Source: Octopus vulgaris
Taxonomy: Eukaryota
Reading direction: 5' to 3'
Assembly: GCA_951406725.2 (NCBI GenBank)
Contig: OX597814.1
Coordinates: 77,500,001 to 77,564,000, forward strand
DNA: 64,000 bases
The position numbers and the translations under genes were made by a program. This document shows, piece after piece, positions 53,478 to 64,000 of the stretch. The stretch's first letter is position 1. Every line of letters begins with the position of its first letter. The notes beneath the pieces are model-generated. The model ran no database searches, had not been told where the DNA came from, and saw nothing but the letters and a program-made list of their open reading frames with translations.

Positions 53478-53868
53478 TTACTCTTTTACTCTTTTACTTG
53501 TTTCAGTCATTTGACTGCGGCCATGCTGGAGCACCGCCTTTAGTCGAGCAAATCGACCCGGGACTTATTCTTTGTAAGCCCAGTACTTATTCTATCGGTC
53601 TCTTTTGCCGAACCGCTAAGTGACGGGGACGTAAACACATCAGCGTCGGTTGTCAAGCAATGCTAGGGGGACAAAGACACACAAACACACACATACATAT
53701 ATATATATATATACATATATACGACAGGCTTCTTTCAGTTTCCGTCTACCAAATCCACTCACAAGGCTATAGCAGAAGACATTTGCCCAAGATGCCACGC
53801 AGTGGGACTGAACCCGGAACCATGTGGCTGGTTAGCAAGCTACTTACCACACAGCCACTCCTGCGCCT
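53478..53868 (-). mobile_element. tRNA-derived CORE-type SINE
   Basis: Head ggcgcaggagtggctgtgtggtaag...ccgggttcagtccc, then cttgggcaaatgtcttc; (agtaaaag)n tail; further copies at 60005 and 60970. Confidence 0.8.
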
Positions 53869-55080
53869 ATAAAAAAAGATAGCTTTTATTCCTATAAGTT
53901 TAGTATTAGTGTTAATGCCATTATATACATTAGTTTTTATGCTAGGGATATTTCTATTTGTGTCATTATAATAATTATTATTACTCCAGTTGTTACTATT
54001 ATTACTGTAGATGTTACTATTATTATAATAAATATTATCTATATGTGGAATAGATTTTATTTTATTATAACCAGCATTTGCTAAGGCTATATTATATTGG
54101 TCTTTATGCTAATATTTTTAATTCATATATTTTTAATTGAGGCTGGATGATTACTTTGAGAATATATGTATTTAATATTTGAGTTAGGTTTCTTAAATGG
54201 TTCATGTAAGCCTGTTACTGAGTTAATGTCAGCATCTAAGAAAGTAATAGAGTTGTAGTCTCTCTCTATAGTAAGAGTGAGGCCAAATCTCTTAAAGAAT
54301 TTACACAGCTGTTTCTTAATAAGTTCCATACACTTATTAGAGAAGTTTTTTTACTATGAACAATGCTTATATATAATCAATTCATGGAAGTTAAGTCCTC
54401 ATTAGGGATTATATAATCCAAGGTATTCCACTGGTTTAATTCATATCATATATGTAGGTTCTTCTTACATTTTTTCTTAACTTTTTTGAACTTTCACCTT
54501 CCAATTTATTTGTAATGTTTATTAAAAAAAAATCATCTCTCTATAACCTGCAAATAAATCAGTAATTAATACAGACAATAAAAATAAAACTAAGTATATA
54601 CCTAATAAATATAAAGCAGGCATTAATACCCCCAGTTTTAATAGAAATTATGAATTATCTAATAATAATATATGGTTGAGTTTGGCTCTTGCAATGCAAA
54701 TTAAAAGTAACTTGATAAAATCAATTCTTTCAGTTATTAACAAGCATTTTAATATCGATATCATTAAATTATCAATAATAAAACTATTAATATTGGATAT
54801 AGTTTAACCCATAACCTTGCAATTATTATATCTTCCATAAATAATAGGAAGTTAGACATATTCTACTTGAAAGAAATAATACTAACAGGAATAATAATAA
54901 TAGTAATATTTTACACACACACACCCAGTAATTAACCCTAATAACAATAATAACACAACTCTGCTGAACAGCACCAGTACTTACTATAGGGTCCATCCAC
55001 TTAACATTCCTAATATTAATAATAATATATATAATAGTTGTGATTGTAGGATTAAAAGTAATTGATTATTTAAGAATGCA

Positions 55081-55870
55081 TCTCTCTATATATAAACGGC
55101 AGTTTGTCTGTCTGTGTGTCTGTCAGGTTGTACCCTCACCCTGACCACGGCTTTCAACCGATTCTGATGAAACTTGACACACACGTAGCCCAATGTCATA
55201 ATTCAAAACTAACGCAGCGAAAATTTTGAAAAGTTCCCCCAGTTCTGAAAAAAAATCGATAAATTCGATATGGGTCAAGAATCTAAGCTTTTTATATGCA
55301 ACACATTTTCTACAGACTGTCTAGGGGACGCAACTCGACCTTTGTAACTCTTGGAACACGTGGGGTAAGTATCCCAAAATGTATAAAAATGTACAAAAAC
55401 GGCAAAAAAGCGGGCAGCAATGTGAGTGACAACAACGAAAAAGTCAAAAGTGACCAAACTGAACAAACGAATGGAAAAGGTTTTTTGATGCACACGACAA
55501 AAGCGGTTTATAATAAACCAAGAGTTTGCAAGTAGCGTCCGAGGACCCTTAGGGTACGTCAAAAATTTAAGGTAAAACGTTTGGGGTGGTAGTTATAAAG
55601 AAAGTGTAAACAAAAAAAGTATTCGAATAACTTGCGGCTGCAGCAGCTATTAGCAGAAGTGGGGGTAAAGACTCGAATGTAATTTCTTCCTGGTAGGAAT
55701 TGGTTGGGTTGAATTATCGATAGCTGTTTGATAGTTATTTGGGAGTGAAGAGAAGACATTGCAACCTACACATGCAGCTTCGTTCCCTAGAGGGAAAGGA
55801 CTAGATTGGGATTAGTCGTTGCCTACTAGGGGCTCTTACATACCCGGGCAACGCCGGGCTATGCTGCTAG
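55081..55870 (+). mobile_element. Non-autonomous Helitron with exact ends
   Basis: A|TC start, cccgggcaacgccggg hairpin, CTAG|T end, no TSD; removal restores the host frame KNA|CMHKSVIYQC. Confidence 0.85.
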
Positions 55871-56397
55871 TGTATGCATAAAAGTGTAATATATCAATGT
55901 ACTGTAACGGCACAGGGAATGAACAATTCTTATATAGGTTCAAAAGAAAATGAGGTTAAAAAATGAATTAACACTCATCTCTAAACTTTCAGGAATAAGC
56001 ATAAATCTAATTCTACAGGACTAAGTAAATTTATTTGGGAGTTAAAAGATAGGAATATACAGTATGATTTGAAATGGGAAATACTCACCTCATCACCTTC
56101 TTATCAAATTAATATATAAAAATGTCTTTTATGCATAAATGAAAAATTTTATATTCTCTCTGCAAAATACCCTATTCTTAACCTCAGAGATGAATGCAAT
56201 GTCACTTGCATACACAAAACCAAATTTGTATTTTCAAAATATGGATAAAATATTATAAAGCTAATCTTATTCCTTATACTAACATGCATGTTCAAATTGT
56301 ATAACAGCTTCCTTACCCTTTTTCCTTTCTGCTTTATGGTGTGTAAACCCCTCTTAAAGGTTTCCATTTTATGTTTAATCTTTACCATGTATATATG

Positions 56398-56676
56398 ATG
56401 CCAGCGCCGCCTTGGCTGGCTTCTGTGCCAGTGGCACGTTAAAAGCACCAACCGATCGTGGCCGATGCCAGACTCCCCTGGCACCTGTGCAGGTGGCACG
56501 TAAAAAGCACCCACTACACTCGCGGAGTGGTTGGCGTTAGGAAGGGCATCCAGCTGTAGGAACACTGCCAGATCAGACTGGAGCCTGGTGCAGCCCCTGG
56601 CTTCCAAGTCCCCGGTCGAACCGTCCAATCCGTGCTAGCGTGGAAAACGGACGTTAAATGATGATGATGATGATGA
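56398..56676 (+). mobile_element. RTE 3' UTR fragment
   Basis: Shared UTR with (GAT)n tail. Confidence 0.8.
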
Positions 56677-57257
56677 TTTTATATATATATTTATATATAC
56701 TTAGCTATATCTGCATTTATACTTTTAACCTTTTTAGAGATGAAAGCAATGTCTCTCCTATATACATGACCAAATTTGTGATTTTAATTTTGATACATGG
56801 ATATAGTATTTTTTAGTTTGTTTTTTTTTTAGTTATTCTTGTTCCTTATACTTACATGCATGTTTAAATTGTTTAACAACTTATCTACTCCTTTTTCCCA
56901 CACTATACTCTCCTTAGCCCTTTTATAGTTCCCACATTATATTTATTCCTTACCATGTATATACGTCTGTTTGTATCAGTATTTATATATTTACCCTTTC
57001 TTATTCATATTGCTTGACTTATTAATTTATTAACTATATGATTATAAGCTCCATATTTGTTATGTATTCATACTATGTTTACAGTATATCTTGCACCTAT
57101 CTCATAATACTCTTAACTTTATTGTTCCCTATTATATTGATTTCTTACCATGTGTATTTATCTATACTTATCTATTCATATCTATATTTTTACAACTAAT
57201 CCCTTTAATTAAGAAACATACAAAAGCCGTTCGATTCACTTCATCATTTAAGTTTAA

Positions 57258-57308
57258 TTTGTCAAAATATTTTCGTCGCTATAAGACCGCGACCTGTTCA
57301 CTGACAAA
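57258..57308 (-). ncRNA. Minimal type I HHR, G3-C8 core variant
   Basis: TTTGTCA-GTGAACA-G-GTCGC ggtcttata GCGAC-GAAA-ATAT-TT-TGACAAA: perfect 7-bp helix I, 5-bp helix II, palindromic AATATT helix III. Confidence 0.7.
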
Positions 57309-57730
57309 AATCCGTGCTGCATCTGAGAAAATAACAGTTAGTTCGTTATATATATGTACATATGTATGTATAAACGCATGTATGCATGTATGTATGTATG
57401 TACGTACGTACGCCTGTGTGTGTGTATGTATGTATGTATGTATGTATGTATGTATGTATGTATGTGTGTGTGTATATGCACGCACATACACATTATAAAC
57501 TTAAAGCTATAAACCTGTAGTGATGGATAGATGTAGACTGACCACTCATCACAACAATATCAAATTTCAACCTCCCCCCGCCGAAACTAGGAAGTGATTT
57601 ACGACCCTCACCCCTAAGACAAAACTCTAAAACCTATTATCAGACATTTATCTCTATATATCACAAAACTTTTGTTTTACTAATACTTATCTTTTTTTTT
57701 CTTTTCTCCCTTACATCTAGTTAGTTCAGG

Positions 57731-57784
<54 letters not shown>

Positions 57785-58744
57785 GTATGTATGTGTGTAT
57801 GTATGTATGTATGTATGTATGTATGTATGTATGTATGCACGTACGTACGCATGTGCGTATGTATGTATACGCGCACGTATGCATGTGCCTATGTATGTGT
57901 GTGCGTATGTACGTGTGTATGCCCATACGCAGGTATGTATGTATGTTTGTACTTATGTGCTACGTATGTATGTGAGTATCTAGGAGAATGGGCAGACGCG
58001 TCTGTGTGTGTGTGTGTACATGTGTATGTGCATGTGAACGTATGTTCGTGTACTGGTATGTGTCCGTCCTCTATATAAATACCTACTTCCAGTTTTGAGG
58101 GCATTATATTTAACTATTTAAATAATTTTATTGATACGTTTTAATTTAACTTGTTGAATTGACCCATATTTAAGCCCTTATTATTACTTTTATTAGCATA
58201 TATTTATTCGCTTTAATTCTTATTTATTTATTTACGTTAAATACGATATCTTTTAACCTGAGCCTCTTAGCATATTTACATCAAAGTATCTCACCAAGGG
58301 AACGCTGCATATCTGAATTTTTTTAATTTTTGTCCAATAGTTTTTTATTTTTATTAGTCTAGCTCAATAATAAATGTTTTTAAGGAGTGAAAGGTTATAT
58401 TTTGTAAGTCTTTATCCATCTATTTATTTTTACTCTATCTATTTTCACTTTTTACTCTATTTTGTTTTATTTATTTTACTTTATTCTTGTTTTTTGTTTT
58501 TTATAATTTTTATGTACCCTAGCATTAAGTTAATATATCTTATAAGTATTTTTGACCCTTTTGATTTTTATAGTAAGTAATAGATTGCCTGGAATGTCTT
58601 TAATAACTATACACACTCGAATTAAACTCTACATACTAATTTTCTATTGATTTGATGGACATAATATCACAATATGACATTTCTACCAATATATTTACTT
58701 GGGTTTTTCTTATACTTAACACTCTAAATGAATATATTGATCTA

Positions 58745-59430
58745 TGTGGGGTGAGGTTTGGGGAGGAGGGATCCCCAAACCTCACCCCACATTCCCTTCC
58801 CAGTTTTCAGAGTTGGCACTGTCAATGTTGGCACAATGAAAGGTAGGTCTAGTGAGATTGTGGAGATGCTTGAAAGGAGATGGGTTGATGTATGCTGCAT
58901 ACAAGAGGTAAGATGGAGAGAAGCTTCAGCTAGGATCCTCACAGGCAAGGCACATGGGTATAAATTCTTCTCGCAAGGTAACATGGATGGTGTAGGGGTG
59001 TAGGCATAATCCCCGCAGAGAAATGGGTGGACAGGGTTATAGAGGTTGTTAGGGTACACGATAGAGTGCTTAAGCTCAGGCTAGTCCTGCAGAATAGCAC
59101 AGCTACTATTATCTCTGCCTACACCCCACACATAGGGCTACCAAGTGATCAGAAGGACCACTTTTATGATACCTTTCTACAGGCTACCTCAAAGATGACT
59201 GGTAATGACCTCATCTTTGTGGCTGGAGACTTTAATGGGCCTGTCGGGCGGAAACAGGTATCTTCACTGGGGTACACGGTGGCCATGGTACTGACACCCG
59301 AAACGATGAGGGAACCAGACTACTGGAGTTCTGTGATGCATGTAACCTTTTAATCTGTAACACTAACTTCAGGAAGCCAGACAGCCATATTATAACATAT
59401 CAATCAGGGGACTCTGCTAGCCAGATTGAT
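58745..59430 (+). mobile_element. RTE 5' region (AP endonuclease), degenerate
   Basis: RVGTVNVGTM, VDVCCIQEVRW, IISAY and AGDFNG motifs. Confidence 0.85.
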
Positions 59431-59468
59431 TTATCCCCACCATACATACATACACACACACACACACA

Positions 59469-59500
<32 letters not shown>

Positions 59501-59519
59501 CATATACATACACACATGC

Positions 59520-59579
<60 letters not shown>

Positions 59580-60004
59580 TCAGGCCTTTTACTAGAACGC
59601 ATACAGAAACAGACAAAACAACCGTTTATTTTCACATTTAGATAGTGGGATGGCTGGGGGATTTGAGGTTGGAGTTTTTCATAAAAAATTTGAAATTAAA
59701 ATTTGAATTTGTGTTTATTTTTTCCATATTCTTAATCTCCATATTTTCCCATGTAGATTGATGGGGAAAAAAATTCGAAAAAAGTTTTTAAAAAAAGTTT
59801 TAAAAAGATTAGGGAAAAAGTTAGGGAAAAAAATGACCATTTTAATTTCATATGAATACTTTGTCATATTACTGCGGGAAATTACTCCGAAAAAATCTTT
59901 GCAGAAAGGTGAGTAGATTGGTTGCCTTATGTTATCGCAGTTTTGGGAGATTTGGCTGTTATTTCTAGCATGTGGATAGCCTGGTTGAAGGCCTGATGGT
60001 ATTT

Positions 60005-60368
60005 ATTCTTTTATTTGTTTCAGTCATTTGACTGCTGCCGTGCCGGAGCACCGCCTTTAATCGAGCAACTCGACCCCGGGACTTATTCTTTTGTAAGCCC
60101 AGTACTTATTCTATTGGTCTGTTTTGCCGAACCGCTAAGTAACGGGGACGTAAACACATCGGTTGTCAAGCAATGCTAAGGGGACAAACAGACACACAAA
60201 CATACACACATATATATATATACATATATACGACGGGCTTCTTTCAGCTTCCGTCTACCAAATCCACTCACAAGGCATTGGTCGGCCAGAGGCTATAGCA
60301 GAAGACACTTGCCCAAGGTGCCACGTGGTTGGTTAGCAAGCTACTTACCACACAGTCACTCCTGCGCC
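60005..60368 (-). mobile_element. tRNA-derived CORE-type SINE copy
   Basis: Near-colinear with 53478-53868. Confidence 0.8.
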
Positions 60369-60832
60369 TATATATATATATATATATATTACGCCTATAT
60401 ATATATATTTGAAAAATTGAAATTTTACGAACCAATTTTTTTCAGAATTGTAAACTTCGTGTGTTTTTACGTATTTCTCAAAAAAAAAAAAAAGTTCTGG
60501 GAAAAGTGAAAAATAAGGAGGGGGAGGTGTATATCGAAATTTTGAAAAGGCGATTTTTTGAAAAAAGTTTTTTTCAGAATAGGATCCTCCAAAACCAGAA
60601 ACGTGGGATTCCGTAAAAAAGATCAATATATATCCATTCTGCCGAAAGTTATGACGGAAAAATCGGATCTTGCGAATTTTCCGAAAGTCCCCTCTCCACC
60701 CACCAGGGTCGTCAGCGCGCATTTGTGTTTTTCATATTCGTTTTCCACATACTTGTTAACACCCCCTCAGGCTGGTTAATTTTTTTTTTTTTTTTTGTTC
60801 CCGGGTGAGGATTTTTATATTGACCAAAAAAA

Positions 60833-60886
60833 TTAGGATTCCTGGCTTTCACCCAGGCGGCCCGGGTTCGATTCCTGGCATGGGAA
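60833..60886 (+). pseudogene. 5'-truncated tRNA-Glu(TTC) duplicate
   Basis: Matches the 3' 54 nt of the tRNA at 62193 with one T-stem change; lacks the 5' acceptor strand and most of the A box. Confidence 0.85.
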
Positions 60887-60969
60887 CGGCGATACTGTTT
60901 TTAGAAAATTAAAATGTACGATTTACGTTTCTGAAAAAGATCGTCGCTTTCCAAAAAAAAAAAATTTAT

Positions 60970-61760
60970 AGGCGTAGGAGTGGCCATGTGGTAAGTAGCT
61001 TGCTTATGAACCGCATGGTTCCGGGTTCAGTCCCACTGCGTGGCACTTTGGGTAAGTGTCTTCTACTATAGCCTCAGGCCGACCAAAGCCTTGTAAGTGG
61101 ATTTGGTAGCCGGAAACTGAAAGGAGCCCGTCGTATTATATATAACAAAATAATAAATAAAACATATGTATATATACATGCATATATAGGTACAGGACAC
61201 CAAAAAAACGTCCAATTCAAATTCGAAACGCGGAGTAGATGAAACAGAGGCGGCTGAAGAAGGGGAATGTTCCTTGTGTTGTATGTCTTCTACTCTATTT
61301 TTTCGTTGTTTAAGAAAAATGTCCATTTCCTTGGTTTTGTGTTTATGTTTTCGTTTCTCATTGTATTGGACGTTTTTTGGGTGTCCTGTACCCATATATG
61401 CATGTATATATATACATATAGATGTAGGTACGTACATATATGTATGTATATATGCATATGTTTTATTTATTATTTTGTTATTATATGGTAGAACGCACGC
61501 ATCCACTTCTAAGTAAGTTTTATATATATGTATGTGTGTGTGTGTATATGTTTGTGTGTCTGTGTTTGTCACCCCAACATCGCTTGACAACTGATGCTGG
61601 TGTGTTTACGTCCCCGTAACTTAGCGGTTCGGCAAAACAGACCGATAGAATAAGTACTAGGCTTCCAAATAATAAGTCCTGGGGTCGATTTGCTCGACTA
61701 AAGGCGGTGCTCCAGCATGGCTACAGTCAAATGACTGAAACAAGTAAAAGAGCAAAGAGA
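60970..61760 (+). mobile_element. tRNA-derived CORE-type SINE interrupted by a fold-back insert (~61140-61520)
   Basis: Head 60970-61135 and tail 61520-61760 match the other copies; the insert has inverted arms 61163-61216 / 61365-61420. Confidence 0.75.
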
Positions 61761-62192
61761 GTATATACCCATTTTATCGAAAGTTATGACGGAAAAATTG
61801 GACCTTGTGAATTTTCCGAAAGTCCTTTCCTCACCCCACCAGGGTCGTTAGCGCAAATCTTTTTTTCAAATTCGTTTTCTACATACATCCAGCCGGCTGG
61901 CTTATTATTTTTCTTTTGTTCTCGGGTGAAAATATTTATATTGATCTATTTTCCTCGTAGTCTCGTGTGGTTATTTTGCTGTCGCTACAAAAACATATCA
62001 AAAGACATCGTAAGCATATAAGAATTATGAGCTTGTCATAATAAACGTCGTAACGTGTATTGCATCATAATCATTATCAGTTTAGAATTATAGTACACAA
62101 CGTATAACGACTAGAAAAATAACTAAAAGAAACAGTTTTTAAGCTGCTCGATATTAATATTTAAATTATAATGTTGAGGTTTTGAATCGTCA

Positions 62193-62264
62193 TCCCATGT
62201 GGTCTAGTGGTTAGGATTCCTGGCTTTCACCCAGGCGGCCCGGGTTCGATTCCCGGCATGGGAA
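62193..62264 (+). tRNA. tRNA-Glu, anticodon TTC
   Basis: 72-nt cloverleaf: TCCCATG/CATGGGA acceptor, CCTGG-CT TTC AC-CCAGG anticodon arm, CCGGG TTCGATT CCCGG T arm, A and B boxes. Confidence 0.96.
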
Positions 62265-63469
62265 CGGCAATATTGTTTTAGAAATTAAAAGGTACAATTT
62301 ATGTTTCTGAGAGAGATCGTTGCTTCCCACAGAAAAATTTTGATTTTTAAAAAATTATGTAGGGGAACAGGGGACTTACCTTTTGAAGTCGGCGTAAAGC
62401 GAAGGAGACACAATTGGTGCGTGTGTTGACGGGCTGTGCGAGACAGAAAGTGGTGTGTATGGGAAGTTGTTTTGTTAGTGTGTGAAGAGACACAGAGGCA
62501 ATGGATGTATGTGTATTGATGGGGTTTGCCAGACAGAAAGTGTGTGTATATGAAGGTGTTTTACTGGTGTGTGTGTGACTGAGAGAGAGATAACTGAATT
62601 TTTTAATTATTTACTTTTTGTAGTGAAAGAATATGTGAGTGATTGATAGAGAAAAAGAGAGAGAAGTTGTTATGTATGTATGTATGTAGGTAGGTAGGTA
62701 GGTAGGTAGGTATGTATGTATGTATGTATGTATGTATGTATGTATGTATGTATGTATGTTTGTATGAATGTATGTATGTATGTGTTTATGGCTAGCTTCA
62801 GTGACACACACACACTACGTGCGTACACCTATTGCATACATGTTCTTTGTACGCATACACGTTCATGTGCATGTGTGTAAGAGAGAGAGAGAGAAGGTAT
62901 GTTTTTTGCTTGTTGTTTGCATGTATGTTGCCTCTCTGCGTCTACACATACACACACTAACAAAACATCTTCACATACAAGCGCCAATAAAATTATTTTA
63001 CGGAAAGCTACAATCTTTTTCAGACACATAAACAAAAGCACGTGTTTTATAAGTGACGTAAATTGTACTAAAAACGTAACGAAAGATTGCCTTGGGCCAT
63101 CTTATGCATTTGGGAAGCTTTTCCAGAATACCCGATAAAAATTATGGTCATAATAAACGATCAATAAGGAAAATATTATTATCATATTTTTTTTTTACTT
63201 TCTCACAACAGTTTTTGATTTAAATGGTGACCAGGTACATAATTATTATTATTTTTTTGTGTGTATATGAAAGACATCGTTGTCCTTAAGTTACAGTAGT
63301 ATTATTTCAAATGAGTACATGTTTTGGGTAATCTGGGCTCAGCCTAAACACTACTTTGAACCCGAAATCTAAATATTAAACTTAACTCTAGGTTCTAAAA
63401 CCTAACTCAAACTCAAACCCTAATTGCTATTAAATTTTACGAGATTTTATGTTGTTATTGATAACACCT

Positions 63470-63745
63470 AGAAGAAGGTAATTCTCTTCCACTCACCAAA
63501 GTGAATGGAGCTTTGGCCAGGAGGAACTGATGTCATCAGACGGTATACAACGATCATCAGGTGTTTCGATCCTGAATCATATCCTGGGTGATATGGCTTC
63601 CAGCTCAACTTCTCTCCCCTGCTCCATAACCAGCAAGAGGCTCTTTCTGCTGCCTCTCCCATACTGTACACAGCCACCCTTCGCTCTCTTCCTCTCATTC
63701 CAACGGCTGTAAGCATCCTCCGTACTGACTGGGCCGGGAAGTGAA
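63470..63745 (-). mobile_element. HERO-like (RLE) LINE 3' end
   Basis: FPAQSV...EAAERASCWLW C-terminal motif recalled from HERO-clade elements; family assignment is from memory. Confidence 0.5.
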
Positions 63746-64000
63746 ATTTTTTTCCCACGAGAGTTCCGGATCCCAGTATTGAACTCAATTGCATACAGCC
63801 AATCAGAGCTCACCTTGACTATATCAAGTTAACAAACACTACCAAGTAAATTCATGATGAAGAACGGTGTTGTGAGTCGACCGATCGCCTGATTTTAGGA
63901 GACAAGTAATTAGATAGATTTGCATCTATGTCAATTATCGGATTTTGTTAGGGCCCCATATGGTAAAGATGTGGATGGGAAAAATGTGGGTAGAGGGTGA

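Larger units (their letters stand above)
53870..57345. mobile_element. Degenerate AT-rich PLE: RT on - strand (~54000-54640), GIY-YIG on + strand (~55030-56230), 3' region with HHR
   Basis: L*RDDF, FKRFGLTLTIE, TFLD, PFKKPNS...SNHP on minus; VIYQC..SYIGS and STGLSKFIWELK..LKWEIL on plus; interrupted by a Helitron and an RTE. Confidence 0.7.

Noticed and set aside
61220-61275. CGAAACGCG ... CTGAAGA as a permuted hammerhead
   Set aside because: No NUH site and no consistent helices.
62374-62420. Strong minus-strand splice donor AAG|GTAAGT, plus a CCAAT box at ~63798, as the start of a window-spanning gene
   Set aside because: Isolated short motifs expected by chance; no linked exon chain found.
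63520-63580. GAAAC followed by two CTGATGA motifs (minus strand) in the HERO-like 3' UTR
   Set aside because: Order and spacing do not allow helices I and III of a hammerhead; a C/D-box or K-turn reading could not be supported.

Overview
Eukaryotic, AT-rich, microsatellite-dense genomic DNA made almost entirely of nested transposable elements. The repeat spectrum resembles an octopus genome, but that is recognition, not a search result. It contains Penelope-like elements (PLEs), RTE, Tx1/L1-like, R4/Dong, CR1 and HERO-like LINE fragments, tRNA-derived SINEs, Tc1/mariner elements, non-autonomous Helitrons and a TTAA MITE. Host features are few: one intact tRNA-Glu(TTC), a truncated duplicate of it, and an intronless, MITE-interrupted TACC coiled-coil C-terminus. 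Most six-frame ORFs are microsatellite artefacts. The main signal the ORF track misses is RNA-level. Reading by eye gives about 12 type I hammerhead ribozyme (HHR) motifs from about 10 unrelated sequence contexts, including all three compensatory forms of the 3-8 core pair (C-G, U-A, G-C). One canonical HHR sits in an ORF-less 566-bp, 1.24-mer unit that looks like a retrozyme. Other notable items: a candidate HIV-type U_UUU_UUA -1 frameshift joining the two ORFs of a Neptune-like PLE, an ORF1-only Tx1-like element sharing its 3' tail with a Nin-domain SINE, and an apparently perfect 183-bp inverted repeat. All folds and alignments were done by eye, and element boundaries inside microsatellites are approximate.
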